The notes: generated from the letters alone by a model not told the origin. Numbered from the stretch's first letter, positions 8,067 through 16,710 are shown. The stretch: 64,000 bases of DNA from a virus (IMGVR_UViG_3300014695_000002:22000-85999); one strand, 5' to 3'. Made by a program: numbers and translations.

Positions 8067-8573
8067 ATGAATAACGAAGCATATCAGCATGTAATCGATT
8101 GGTGTGAAGCTAACAAAGAGAACGTCAATGTGAAAGGTCAACGTGATCATGTAATGCTGAATCTTAACAATTGGATCAAAGGTCAGTTTGAAAAAGACAA
8201 GGATCACAAGTTCTGCAAACAATGTGGTTGTGTATACTTCCAAGACCTAGAACGAAATGAGTGTTTTCATTGTGACTTCTGGATAAAACGTCTTGGTAAA
8301 TATGTCTCACAGAAAACCAGCAATAAAATGATGTTGGTTATTGATGGACACATCTACTCTGATGCAGGCGCTACCCATCCGAGTCAGTCTAAACGCTATA
8401 ATGGGTTTGGTGGCTCGGTATTTACTATCAAGCTTAAAGAGACAGGTGAAGTATGGACTACTAATAATCTATGGCATGGTGGAGATATCCCTCCTAGCTT
8501 CTATGAGAAGATGCCAGATAATGCAGAGTTTATTAAAGAGAAAGAAGTAGACTATCAGGAGATGTTTAAATGA
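8067..8573 (+). CDS. conserved phage hypothetical protein with Zn-finger
   Basis: CKQC/CFHC plus GFGG...TNNLWHGGDIP...DNAEF motif; ATG 8067 after GGAGG. Confidence 0.75.
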   Translation: MNNEAYQHVIDWCEANKENVNVKGQRDHVMLNLNNWIKGQFEKDKDHKFCKQCGCVYFQDLERNECFHCDFWIKRLGKYVSQKTSNKMMLVIDGHIYSDAGATHPSQSKRYNGFGGSVFTIKLKETGEVWTTNNLWHGGDIPPSFYEKMPDNAEFIKEKEVDYQEMFK

Positions 8574-8737
8574 ATAGCCTTGACCGTATGTTTATTGCAG
8601 ACTTCTACCTAAAGCGTGAATCTAAGCTCTATGAACCTACTAAGCCAGAGCTACCAGAAGATATCCTAGCACTCTACAAAGAGCGTGATTATGAAGCCTA
8701 CGGGGCTGCTGTGAAGGCTTTCAGGAGTAAGCAATGA
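8570..8737 (+). CDS. small protein, 55 aa
   Basis: Hand translation MNSLDRMFIADFYLKRESKLYEP...; AGGAG RBS; ATGA overlaps. Confidence 0.65.
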   Translation: MNSLDRMFIADFYLKRESKLYEPTKPELPEDILALYKERDYEAYGAAVKAFRSKQ

Positions 8738-8907
8738 TAATCCCTGGCTGGAGCTATGGTAAGCCTTGTGCAAGACACAATGAGGTATTGGCTATGGCAG
8801 GTAAGTATTTACAACAATTTAAAATAAAAGACCTTAAAGAAGACTTAGAAAGAGCAGAGAAAGCAATAGAGGAGATTAGACGTGCCCAGAGAATTAATCG
8901 ACGTTGA
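8734..8907 (+). CDS. small protein, 57 aa
   Basis: AGGAG RBS; MIIPGWSYGKPCARHNEVLAMAGK... Confidence 0.55.
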   Translation: MIIPGWSYGKPCARHNEVLAMAGKYLQQFKIKDLKEDLERAEKAIEEIRRAQRINRR

Positions 8908-9463
8908 AACAGGAGAGGTGTTTGAGGAACGAACTAAGAAAGACCCACCACCAGAAGCCTCTACACTTCAATACCTTGGCATAGATGTTAAACACCCATC
9001 AGAGTGTGTGACAAAGGATAGCTTCTTAGAAAGTCTCAAGAACCTTGATGCTTGCTTACACTACAAAGTTGATATTGACTTGGAGATGCTAACTGAAGCT
9101 GTCATTAGGAAGATGATTAGTGTACAAGAGCTTGCTGTATTCAGATACATTTGCAAGAAGGTTGTAGGCTGGAATTACTTTATTGGAAATGTAAAAGAGT
9201 TTTCTAAGGTAGTTGATCCTAACAACTTATCTCGTTGTCTTGCTAAGCTTGAAGAGAACAGGTATATAGAGATAACACATAGAAATAAACCGTTCAGAGG
9301 TGATATAGTTATTAAAGCTAATCCTTTCTATGTTTGGAAAGGAACTTACAAGTTTAAGCTTTCAAGTGTTGAACATTGGTATTCACCTTATAAAAATAAG
9401 GAACCTATTCCCTTATCCTCATCTGTGAGGTATTGGAAGACTTCAAACACCGATAAAGACTGA
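8882..9463 (+). CDS. RepL-like winged-helix DNA-binding/replication protein
   Basis: IDVETGEV N-terminus, HTH (NNLSRCLAKLEENRYI), ANPFYVWKG motif. Confidence 0.55.
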   Translation: MPRELIDVETGEVFEERTKKDPPPEASTLQYLGIDVKHPSECVTKDSFLESLKNLDACLHYKVDIDLEMLTEAVIRKMISVQELAVFRYICKKVVGWNYFIGNVKEFSKVVDPNNLSRCLAKLEENRYIEITHRNKPFRGDIVIKANPFYVWKGTYKFKLSSVEHWYSPYKNKEPIPLSSSVRYWKTSNTDKD

Positions 9464-9900
9464 ACTTGCAAATCTCCTTCTGTATTAATATAGGGATAAG
9501 AATGAAGATGACAATAAATATGGATAAAATATACTGATAACTATCATTTTATGTCATTATTTTGACAACGTAAGTTGGTCAAATAGAGGGCTCTAAATGA
9601 GCCCTTGAGTGGCTGAGAGTATAGTAAACACAATACTTAGAGGTTACTTTATGTCGATTACACTTTTGGTCTGGAATTGAGTCAAAATAACTACAAATGG
9701 ATGATCTCCCTACAACTATCTCTATTTGCTAAGCACGGCAACCTCTCGATAGACAAATTCTATCCACAACTTTCACACAATAGCCTCCCTAAATAACCCC
9801 AATCAATAGATTTTAGCAACCAAACAACAGATAACAATAGAGATTGTTAATAAATAGGGAATTTATTACAACAGCTCTTTTAATAGAAATCTTTGTGAAA
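9464..9900. other. AT-rich non-coding tract with inverted and direct repeats; candidate origin or genome terminus
   Basis: No convincing ORF; TTATTTTGAC direct (9557) and inverted (9681); TTTATGTC at 9548 and 9648; hairpins; G-poor tract 9700-9900. Confidence 0.45.
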
Positions 9901-9908
9901 GAATCTTG

Positions 9909-9937
9909 TTGACGCGGTAGGAGAGAATGGAGATAAT
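9909..9937 (+). promoter_or_regulatory. sigma70-type promoter
   Basis: TTGACG-17-GATAAT. Confidence 0.8.
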
Positions 9938-9990
9938 AACTCCATCAAGACGAGACACGCAGTCTAGTCAAACAAGCCAGGAGCTACACC

Positions 9991-10176
9991 ATGATCATTG
10001 CAGCCTACGCTCTGATGACTGTTACTATCATCAACGGTGAAGAGTATGAAGCTATCCCTGCTGTATATGACTCTTACAAGGAGTGTCGTGTAGCTGAGGA
10101 TAAGATCACCAAGAATTACTATGAGACTTCTTGCTTCTACTCTCCTGCTATTAAGGTGAATAAATCTTCTAAATAA
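9991..10176 (+). CDS. small signal-anchored protein with a Cys pair
   Basis: Hydrophobic N-terminus; Y.SYKEC...C; own promoter and RBS. Confidence 0.75.
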   Translation: MIIAAYALMTVTIINGEEYEAIPAVYDSYKECRVAEDKITKNYYETSCFYSPAIKVNKSSK

Positions 10177-10179
10177 TCC

Positions 10180-10208
10180 TTGACCTGTTGTGTGCAATCT
10201 CTTATACT
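10180..10208 (+). promoter_or_regulatory. sigma70-type promoter
   Basis: TTGACC-17-TATACT. Confidence 0.75.
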
Positions 10209-10254
10209 GAATCCATCAGAGACACAAAGTCTCTGCCAAGCCAGGAGCTACACC

Positions 10255-10392
10255 ATGAGCAGGTATTATGTATCCATGATCGATACCATCACTAACGAAG
10301 TGTTCACTGTGGTAGTGCCTGCTACAAGCCTGCATGAAGCTCGTAGGAGTGCTTGGCTTGACTGGTGGCAGTCAGCTACCCTGGTTCGTTAA
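10255..10392 (+). CDS. small protein, 45 aa
   Basis: AGGAG RBS; MSRYYVSMIDTITNEVFTVVVPATSLHEARR... Confidence 0.75.
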   Translation: MSRYYVSMIDTITNEVFTVVVPATSLHEARRSAWLDWWQSATLVR

Positions 10393-10415
10393 GACCTTAT
10401 AGACAGCCTCTCACA

Positions 10416-10462
10416 GCCTCCTCTATCTCCCTAACAAGGATGTAGCCAGGAGGCTTTCTTTT
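10416..10462 (+). terminator. intrinsic terminator
   Basis: AGCCTCCT...AGGAGGCT stem followed by TTCTTTT. Confidence 0.7.
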
Positions 10463-10713
10463 GCCTAGAGGGTTTATACAACACGTGCTACTAACAGTTT
10501 ATCATGGACTGTATTGGATAGCTTATTATTTATAACTATTAGATCAGAAACCTTCATTCAAATATTTTATAATCATAAATGTTGACTGCAATTTGAATTT
10601 GGGGTACCGTTAAACCGTCGTGCGCTATATCCAGTCAGATTACACAAATCAATTAGCGCCCTCCTAGATATTTTCTCCCATACTCATCCTTGAGTATTAA
10701 GGTTTATGCAAGT

Positions 10714-10929
10714 CTATTTTCCGGGGGTTTGGGAAACATCCCTTTTGATACTGTCTATTTTATCTCTAATTGATTTTTCTAGGTTAATCCATCTCTCGTC
10801 TAACTTACCTCGCTCATATCCTTGTTCGTAGGCTACTTTAATCTTCTTGTCAACATGCTCTAAATAGTTTTGAATATTGAACCAAATAGATACGCCTAGT
10901 AAGAATGAGATAACATAGGTAATCTTCAC
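10714..10929 (-). CDS. N-anchored membrane protein
   Basis: ORF track; N-terminal TM; AYEQGYERG motif. Confidence 0.7.
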   Translation of the reverse strand: MKITYVISFLLGVSIWFNIQNYLEHVDKKIKVAYEQGYERGKLDERWINLEKSIRDKIDSIKRDVSQTPGK

Positions 10930-11168
10930 TTCTTATTCTCCTTGTCTTTCAGTTGTTGTGCATAGGCAAAGACAAGACCAGCACTATAACCTGTTAGCTG
11001 ACCTTTACTATAGCCATCTGAATAACCTTTCTTGTACTCCTCTTTCATTCTTTCAGCAAGAGATAATATTACTCTGTCACTACTTTCTTGCTGGTATTTG
11101 TAAACAAGTGCTGCTGCAATTAAGATCAATGCTATTGCTACTGGATATGAAATGTCTTTCACTTCCAT
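10926..11168 (-). CDS. N-anchored membrane protein
   Basis: TM then GYSDGYSKG repeat. Confidence 0.7.
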   Translation of the reverse strand: MEVKDISYPVAIALILIAAALVYKYQQESSDRVILSLAERMKEEYKKGYSDGYSKGQLTGYSAGLVFAYAQQLKDKENKK

Positions 11169-11410
11169 TCCCTCCTCATATTAACTTTCTTCTCTCGTGT
11201 AGGCAGCATGCTATCCTCTGCCCATTTGTAAAGCTCGTATTCAAAGTCTTCTATATTGAAATAGTCTTCCTCAATGTATTCTATATAGGGATTTGGATAG
11301 TAGTCAAGAAAGTATAGTTCTTCTATCCATTCCTTCAAGACAGCCTTAGCCCACTCTTCGGTTTCATAGCCTTCACTGACTATTTCAAGGTTGTCCATTA
11401 TGTAATACAT
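11159..11410 (-). CDS. acidic hypothetical protein
   Basis: ORF track. Confidence 0.65.
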   Translation of the reverse strand: MYYIMDNLEIVSEGYETEEWAKAVLKEWIEELYFLDYYPNPYIEYIEEDYFNIEDFEYELYKWAEDSMLPTREKKVNMRREWK

Positions 11411-11416
11411 CTACCC

Positions 11417-11551
11417 CTACCTCATGCAATTTCTATTCCGACTCACCCACCAATCTTTCCCAAGCCAAGGATACTTCCAAAACAGCTTACGCCTAAGGCT
11501 TCGTTCAAGGTAATCAAGTCGTGCCTCACGTCTGCGTTTGAATGGTTTCAT
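11417..11551 (-). CDS. small basic protein, 44 aa
   Basis: Hand translation MKPFKRRREARLDYLERSLRRKLFWKYPWLGK...; fills the gap. Confidence 0.5.
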   Translation of the reverse strand: MKPFKRRREARLDYLERSLRRKLFWKYPWLGKDWWVSRNRNCMR

Positions 11552-11967
11552 CACTCAATCCTATTAACAACCCTGTGCAAGTTAACACCAGCCATAATCA
11601 AATCAATCTTACGTGGTGTCACCTTCAATACATTCAATGCTTCTTCCAATATTTCATCACACCTCTTCCTTGAGATATTTACTTTAACAATCTTCCCTGA
11701 ATCTTGGTGGTAGGTGAGCATTTGTTCTACACAAAGTTTATCATGGACGCAGAACGCCTGTCCACAATTCTCTTCCCAAGGAGAGATGATACTCCATAAT
11801 GACTTAGGGATGCTACCACCATCGAACAGGAAGCCTTTAGGGATGTCAACTGTTATACCACTGCCCAAATGATCTACATCATAAAAGAACGGAGTGATTA
11901 CTTCCCACACAGATTCTGAGTGATAGCGTAGGTCTAACTGGCTTGAGAACCTAGTGAATGAACTCAC
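11551..11967 (-). CDS. DUF1353 family protein
   Basis: IPKGFLFDGGSIPK...AFCVHDKLC...SRKRCDEIL pattern. Confidence 0.8.
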   Translation of the reverse strand: MSSFTRFSSQLDLRYHSESVWEVITPFFYDVDHLGSGITVDIPKGFLFDGGSIPKSLWSIISPWEENCGQAFCVHDKLCVEQMLTYHQDSGKIVKVNISRKRCDEILEEALNVLKVTPRKIDLIMAGVNLHRVVNRIE

Positions 11968-12128
11968 TTATTATAACTCCTTAGCACAATATCATCAAGG
12001 ACATCTCTAAGCTCTTTCATCTGAGAGAATGTCATCTCATATTTGTATTGCTTGAGAGTAGCTAGAGCATTCTTGATATGCTGGTTTGTGTAATGTGTTT
12101 GTACGTCTTGTTTGGATTTAAGGTTCAT
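11964..12128 (-). CDS. small protein, 54 aa
   Basis: Hand translation MNLKSKQDVQTHYTNQH...; ATGA overlap. Confidence 0.6.
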   Translation of the reverse strand: MNLKSKQDVQTHYTNQHIKNALATLKQYKYEMTFSQMKELRDVLDDIVLRSYNK

Positions 12129-12131
12129 TAA

Positions 12132-12410
12132 TTACTCCCCCAATTTATTATACTTGGTCCACAAACCTCTCTTTACCACAGAAATGTAGGTAATATCTTG
12201 ATTTTGGTGGTACACGAACCACTTTGGAGAATCCGCTATAAAGTCTTTTAGATGGATAGGTAAAACTAGAAAGTAGCTTTCTGGAGTGAACCAATCAGGG
12301 ATAGTTATTTTTTCCAAAAATACAGACCACAGTTCTTTTTCAAGTGACTTTGCCTCGGTCGGAATACCGCTACCGAAAAATGTTCCTGTGTTTCTAAGGT
12401 CAACTGACAT
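12132..12410 (-). CDS. hypothetical protein
   Basis: ORF track. Confidence 0.65.
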   Translation of the reverse strand: MSVDLRNTGTFFGSGIPTEAKSLEKELWSVFLEKITIPDWFTPESYFLVLPIHLKDFIADSPKWFVYHQNQDITYISVVKRGLWTKYNKLGE

Positions 12411-12624
12411 AATACACCCTCTCGCCTGCCTCTACCATCTTCTGAATATATCGACTACCTGAGCTACCAGATGATGGGATGTAAAATCCCTTCCTATCTT
12501 TGAGTACAGTAAATAGGCTGCCTTCCATTTCTACCATACTCAGACTGTTAACGATCTGGAAATTTGAATGGTATAGTTCAGTCTTACCGTTGCTGATTAG
12601 AATCTTAATTTGTTTTGTGTTCAT
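12400..12624 (-). CDS. hypothetical protein
   Basis: ORF track. Confidence 0.65.
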   Translation of the reverse strand: MNTKQIKILISNGKTELYHSNFQIVNSLSMVEMEGSLFTVLKDRKGFYIPSSGSSGSRYIQKMVEAGERVYYVS

Positions 12625-12806
12625 TTTCTATCTTCTCCTCGTTCAAATTCTCTACACTTAACTTCCTTTAGATTGTCTTCTTTAAAAACATGTATAACCT
12701 TCATTTCTGTAAATGGCAGATGATTACATTTTCGGTGTAGGTGTGTGCAGGTTAAGCACATGAAACCCCTCGGCACATGTGTGATGTCTTTCATTTTCTG
12801 TTCCAC
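12621..12806 (-). CDS. small Cys-rich protein
   Basis: CLTC...C.HLPF..M.VI...VKC motif. Confidence 0.7.
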   Translation of the reverse strand: MEQKMKDITHVPRGFMCLTCTHLHRKCNHLPFTEMKVIHVFKEDNLKEVKCREFERGEDRK

Positions 12807-12970
12807 ACTAAATCCAACACCTCTTTCTTAAGATTGTCAGGAATCTCTTTGCTCAAGTTAATCTTGCTGGTGATCCCACGTCGTATTGTGCTGTCAATAT
12901 CCCTTACTTGCCCTTCAAGCTGAGCAATACGTTTCAGTAGCTTGTCACGGTCAATATCAATCATAGTCAT
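12791..12970 (-). CDS. small coiled-coil protein, 59 aa
   Basis: Hand translation MTMIDIDRDKLLKRIAQLEGQVRD...; GGAGA RBS. Confidence 0.6.
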   Translation of the reverse strand: MTMIDIDRDKLLKRIAQLEGQVRDIDSTIRRGITSKINLSKEIPDNLKKEVLDLVWNRK

Positions 12971-12974
12971 TCTC

Positions 12975-13214
12975 CTAACCGTAGTAGCTATGGGTGCGTC
13001 TGGTCGATTCAGAGCATTTTAGACAGATAGTACACTGATTGTAAAATTCTGTATAGGCTTTATTGTAATAGTCACCTTCATAGTAGCGCTCTTTAGCTAC
13101 CAAGTACTCTCCAGGGTGATGACATTGGGCTTCAACTTCACTTTTAAGAAGGTTGTATTTCTCAAGTGCAGCTAGTGCTTGTTTCTTTTTCTTTAGAAGT
13201 TCTTTAGTTTCCAT
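12975..13214 (-). CDS. hypothetical protein with Cys/His Zn-like motif
   Basis: CHH...CTIC. Confidence 0.7.
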   Translation of the reverse strand: METKELLKKKKQALAALEKYNLLKSEVEAQCHHPGEYLVAKERYYEGDYYNKAYTEFYNQCTICLKCSESTRRTHSYYG

Positions 13215-13226
13215 CTTTAATTCTCC

Positions 13227-13427
13227 TCAATTCAGATTATGGAGACCAACACCATTGCAGCTATCTTCATAGGCAATCACATCCAGCATTGCTCGCTCAA
13301 TTTTCACTTGCTCAGCTCGTAGGACATGCACGGCCCTATTTATTTTACCAGTAAGCAGCTTAGAGTCCTCTCGGGACAGTTTAGCATCGAGAATCATAAG
13401 CAGGTCGATAATGTCGGAATGGGTCAT
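13227..13427 (-). CDS. hypothetical protein
   Basis: ORF track. Confidence 0.65.
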   Translation of the reverse strand: MTHSDIIDLLMILDAKLSREDSKLLTGKINRAVHVLRAEQVKIERAMLDVIAYEDSCNGVGLHNLN

Positions 13428-13753
13428 TTTTCATTGCTCCAGTAAAATTCAGCGTTAGTGGGAACGCCTGTCTCTGATTCTACACGTTCTGCGACTAGCT
13501 TGCAGAGAATTTCGTACTGTTCACGCCGGATAAAGTGAGGAAATTTATAGTCTGAATCTTCACCTGACCAAGAGTCAACCTGATCAAAAATTTGCTGACA
13601 AAGACTTAATAGTTCACGGGTCTCTGGAGAAAGAATGCCGTATAGGTAGATTTCGTCAATGAAGACAAATTGCCAACGTAGCTTTTCAAAGTCCCAAACG
13701 TTTTCCATAAGTCCGCTTGACATATAGTCTGGACAAACTTTATACATTTTCAT
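13424..13753 (-). CDS. hypothetical protein
   Basis: ORF track; ATGA overlaps. Confidence 0.7.
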   Translation of the reverse strand: MKMYKVCPDYMSSGLMENVWDFEKLRWQFVFIDEIYLYGILSPETRELLSLCQQIFDQVDSWSGEDSDYKFPHFIRREQYEILCKLVAERVESETGVPTNAEFYWSNEK

Positions 13754-13959
13754 CTCTTTCTCCCGTAATTATATTGCTTCTTCAATTCCACCAACACATC
13801 CTCGCATTGTTCACGAGTGAAGTCAAGATATTCTGCATCATTATCTAGAATCTGCATTTCGTCACGACTCTTGAACCAATCTAGGAAGTATTCCTCACCA
13901 GCTATAGAGAATTTAGCTGTGAGGGTGTATGGGTTGTCTGAGAGCGCGATCAGTTTCAT
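13750..13959 (-). CDS. hypothetical protein
   Basis: ORF track. Confidence 0.65.
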   Translation of the reverse strand: MKLIALSDNPYTLTAKFSIAGEEYFLDWFKSRDEMQILDNDAEYLDFTREQCEDVLVELKKQYNYGRKR

Positions 13960-14222
13960 TACCAGTCCCTTAACATTATTTTATACCAGTTAAGGGCAGT
14001 CTCTTCAATTGAAAAAGAAACAGATATGGCTTTACCTTCTACTAAAATATCTATACTCCGGCACTCATCAAGTTTAAATCCAAGAATCTTAAAAACCTCG
14101 TGTCGCGGTTTACTGAAAGCTGTAACCTTTGAGGGGTCTATAAGATAACCCTCGTCGCCTATCGAGATGAAACGTCCCATCATATTTTCCTCCTCTTTCA
14201 GATACAAGAAAAGCCGCCCCAT
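13959..14222 (-). CDS. hypothetical protein (start uncertain)
   Basis: ORF track; GAGGA RBS favours an internal ATG. Confidence 0.6.
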   Translation of the reverse strand: MGRLFLYLKEEENMMGRFISIGDEGYLIDPSKVTAFSKPRHEVFKILGFKLDECRSIDILVEGKAISVSFSIEETALNWYKIMLRDW

Positions 14223-14228
14223 GTAAAG

Positions 14229-14257
14229 AGTATCCTCTACACAAGCAGCTTTGTCAA
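14229..14257 (-). promoter_or_regulatory. sigma70-type promoter
   Basis: TTGACA-17-GATACT on the - strand. Confidence 0.75.
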
Positions 14258-14258
14258 A

Positions 14259-14753
14259 TTAGTTTTCATTAAATTTCTTAATCGAAACCCCATGTTGTGA
14301 TAGATATTTTAATCCAGAGGTATCACGGTACTCATCCTTGTAGATCACTTGTGTTACACCAGCTTGGTATAGCTGAATACTGCATTCCAAACAGGGGCTG
14401 CTTGTAACGACCACTGTTGCACCCTTTAGGCTCACACCTTCCTTAGCCGCTTTAGCAATGATGTTCCGCTCACTATGAAGGGTTGTGGATTTCGTGACAA
14501 GTTCGTATGGACCACGTTCATCTTCATAGATGTGCTCAGGTCTACGCAAGAATTCACCATTAAGGATCATAGGCGCATAGCGTTTATATTCACAGTCGTT
14601 ATCATCGCCTGATGCAGTACCGTTCCAAGAATACAGCATAACATCATCTGGTGTGATCGCAACACTACCGACTTTGAGACGCTTAGCTGAGGATAGGGAT
14701 GCAAAACTCTCAGCACACTTCATGTAGATAGGAATCATCTTATCCTTAATCAT
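14259..14753 (-). CDS. dCMP deaminase
   Basis: SSAKRLKVG...WNG...TLHSERNII...SSPCLECSIQLYQAGV..VIY..EYR pattern. Confidence 0.9.
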   Translation of the reverse strand: MIKDKMIPIYMKCAESFASLSSAKRLKVGSVAITPDDVMLYSWNGTASGDDNDCEYKRYAPMILNGEFLRRPEHIYEDERGPYELVTKSTTLHSERNIIAKAAKEGVSLKGATVVVTSSPCLECSIQLYQAGVTQVIYKDEYRDTSGLKYLSQHGVSIKKFNEN

Positions 14754-14949
14754 CTTTATTCAACTCCACTAGATCACCTACCCATCGAGCATAGAACGGA
14801 TATCGTCCAACATCAACACCGCATTCACCGAAAGCAAAATACTGACATTCCCTAACATCTTCTGGAATGGTCAAGACTTCTCCTGTCTTATTGCATTTGA
14901 ATCTACGACCAACCCATATTTTGCGAAACTTCTCTAAATTGGTCATCAC
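14746..14949 (-). CDS. hypothetical protein
   Basis: ORF track. Confidence 0.65.
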   Translation of the reverse strand: MMTNLEKFRKIWVGRRFKCNKTGEVLTIPEDVRECQYFAFGECGVDVGRYPFYARWVGDLVELNKDD

Positions 14950-15176
14950 ACGTCTACAACCACGAGGCTAAAGAAATCCAATGCACCTGTCTGATGCTTC
15001 TGTTCAAGATCATGAAGACTATTTTGAGACAGAAGGTCATAGACATCTTCGTCTTGATTGTAAACACCTTCATCCGCAGTGGTGTAGACCAAAGGAATTG
15101 CTGTCACGCCGTCTGCATTACGGAGAGCTAAGCGGGCATCAGGACCATATAGGCGAACCATGTCAGATAGCTTCAT
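14946..15176 (-). CDS. hypothetical protein
   Basis: AGGAG RBS. Confidence 0.65.
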   Translation of the reverse strand: MKLSDMVRLYGPDARLALRNADGVTAIPLVYTTADEGVYNQDEDVYDLLSQNSLHDLEQKHQTGALDFFSLVVVDV

Positions 15177-15274
15177 TTCATACTCCTACAAATACTAGAA
15201 AGGTTAGGACTTCGTAGAGCATTAGACTACGTTCAAACAAAATTTGCAAGGGTAATTGCTGGCTTAGTTCGTAT

Positions 15275-15598
15275 TCAGTCATTTTCTCGTTCTCCTTCTA
15301 GTCGAAAATCTGTCGTATTCAATTTGTGAAGCAATTCGGGCCACGATAAGTATGTTTCAGCAGGCACCTTCCAAAGCAAGCTCTCATTAAACACTGTAAG
15401 CTTAGCTTCTCCATAGGTCAAGGGTTGATTATTCATACAGTTTATAAGCTTGTATCCATAAGCTTTCACAGCTGATTTACCTTGTGGCAGTTCAACCACT
15501 TTAGAGATTCGGTATAGGCTGTCGTATCCCATTAGCGATAGACGTACTACTTCGTTGAGTGCGTACCAAGGTTGTCTTACACAGTTTTCTTTAGCCAC
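15275..15598 (-). CDS. hypothetical protein
   Basis: ORF track; GTG start. Confidence 0.65.
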   Translation of the reverse strand: MAKENCVRQPWYALNEVVRLSLMGYDSLYRISKVVELPQGKSAVKAYGYKLINCMNNQPLTYGEAKLTVFNESLLWKVPAETYLSWPELLHKLNTTDFRLEGEREND

Positions 15599-15915
15599 GA
15601 GCCTGTCCCCCGACGTGAAGTAGTACCATGACAGCTTACACCACCACTCTCTAGACGGCTTTTAGTCTTCTTGTCTGACGTGGTGCGTACAGTGTATTTG
15701 TTATCACCATAGATTTCATTACACTTCTCTTGTGCCTTCTTACGGTCACGGGTCATGAAAAATACGTAGTTTCCAAGAGCATCAATGATGTATAAACCAC
15801 TTGCAAATTTTTCAACGTAACCTTGTTCTTCGTCTGACCACCAAAGTAGCTCACCCAGGGTCTTAGTTACTACTTCTACTTCTTTACTCATAGCTACCTC
15901 AGAATGGGCTAACAA
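15577..15915 (-). CDS. conserved phage hypothetical protein
   Basis: YIIDALGNYVFFMTRDRKKAQ...YG..KYTVR motif; start probably MSKEV. Confidence 0.7.
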   Translation of the reverse strand: MLAHSEVAMSKEVEVVTKTLGELLWWSDEEQGYVEKFASGLYIIDALGNYVFFMTRDRKKAQEKCNEIYGDNKYTVRTTSDKKTKSRLESGGVSCHGTTSRRGTGSWLKKTV

Positions 15916-16159
15916 AGGAATTACTGTTTACAAAAGCTGGCATTGCTGCGTTACCCGCTAATGTGTCAATACGATATCCGCTATAGTGACCATTGTCAAA
16001 TACTTCGCAGTAAATAAATCCGTTGTGCAGGCAAGCTGATCGAGAGTGGATGATCTTATTTGATCCTGGCAGATTGAAGTACACAGCGCCCTTCACACGA
16101 GATTGTTCAAAAAGACGATAAGCTTTGTTAGGACTGACTTGTTTCACTGGCGATCTCAT
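15899..16159 (-). CDS. hypothetical protein
   Basis: AGGAG RBS. Confidence 0.65.
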   Translation of the reverse strand: MRSPVKQVSPNKAYRLFEQSRVKGAVYFNLPGSNKIIHSRSACLHNGFIYCEVFDNGHYSGYRIDTLAGNAAMPAFVNSNSFVSPF

Positions 16160-16650
16160 TACAGTTCTCCTTTAAATTTAGACCGAATCCAGTTCAAGTC
16201 TACAGGCATAAAATCTGTATGCTCAAGGCAGACATTAAGGTAATTTGAATCTTTAATGTAGTCATAGTGCATATGACCATGAATATTCTTTTTACCTCTT
16301 AGCTCTTGGGGATGTAGAGGTGCATGTGAGAGCCAAAATTCTTTGTATTTTTTAAGTGAGTAAACCTCGTCGAAGTGTTTTACAATGGATTGCATACTCA
16401 TGCTATCAGTGCAGTGGTTGCCGACGATCAAAACTTTTCTTTCAGCTACCCACGAACCTACATCTTTCAAACATTCCTCATTGAACGCAATATCACCTAG
16501 GAAGAATACTTTATCCCTTTTAGTTACCACCTTGTGATAGTTTTCTTTTACGACTTCCCTGTGATGCTCTTCAGATTCGAAATCTTTACGAAACTTGTAG
16601 ATGTTCTTATGACCAAGGTGAAGGTCGCTCGTAAACCAAACATTTGCCAC
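16159..16650 (-). CDS. calcineurin-like metallophosphoesterase
   Basis: SDLHLGH, FLGD, GNH, SHAP, HGHMH motifs. Confidence 0.9.
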   Translation of the reverse strand: MANVWFTSDLHLGHKNIYKFRKDFESEEHHREVVKENYHKVVTKRDKVFFLGDIAFNEECLKDVGSWVAERKVLIVGNHCTDSMSMQSIVKHFDEVYSLKKYKEFWLSHAPLHPQELRGKKNIHGHMHYDYIKDSNYLNVCLEHTDFMPVDLNWIRSKFKGEL

Positions 16651-16681
16651 ATCAAGCTCCTTTCTCTTTGTTGATGGGGAC

Positions 16682-16710
16682 AGTTTATCGCCATCCCCAG
16701 CTTACGTCAA
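16682..16710 (-). promoter_or_regulatory. sigma70-type promoter
   Basis: TTGACG-17-TAAACT on the - strand. Confidence 0.75.

Larger units (their letters stand above)
9973..10258 (+). repeat. 22-nt exact direct repeat of the translation-initiation region (9973-9994, 10237-10258)
   Basis: CAAGCCAGGAGCTACACCATGA twice, each preceded by an AGAC/GTCT hairpin. Confidence 0.9.
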
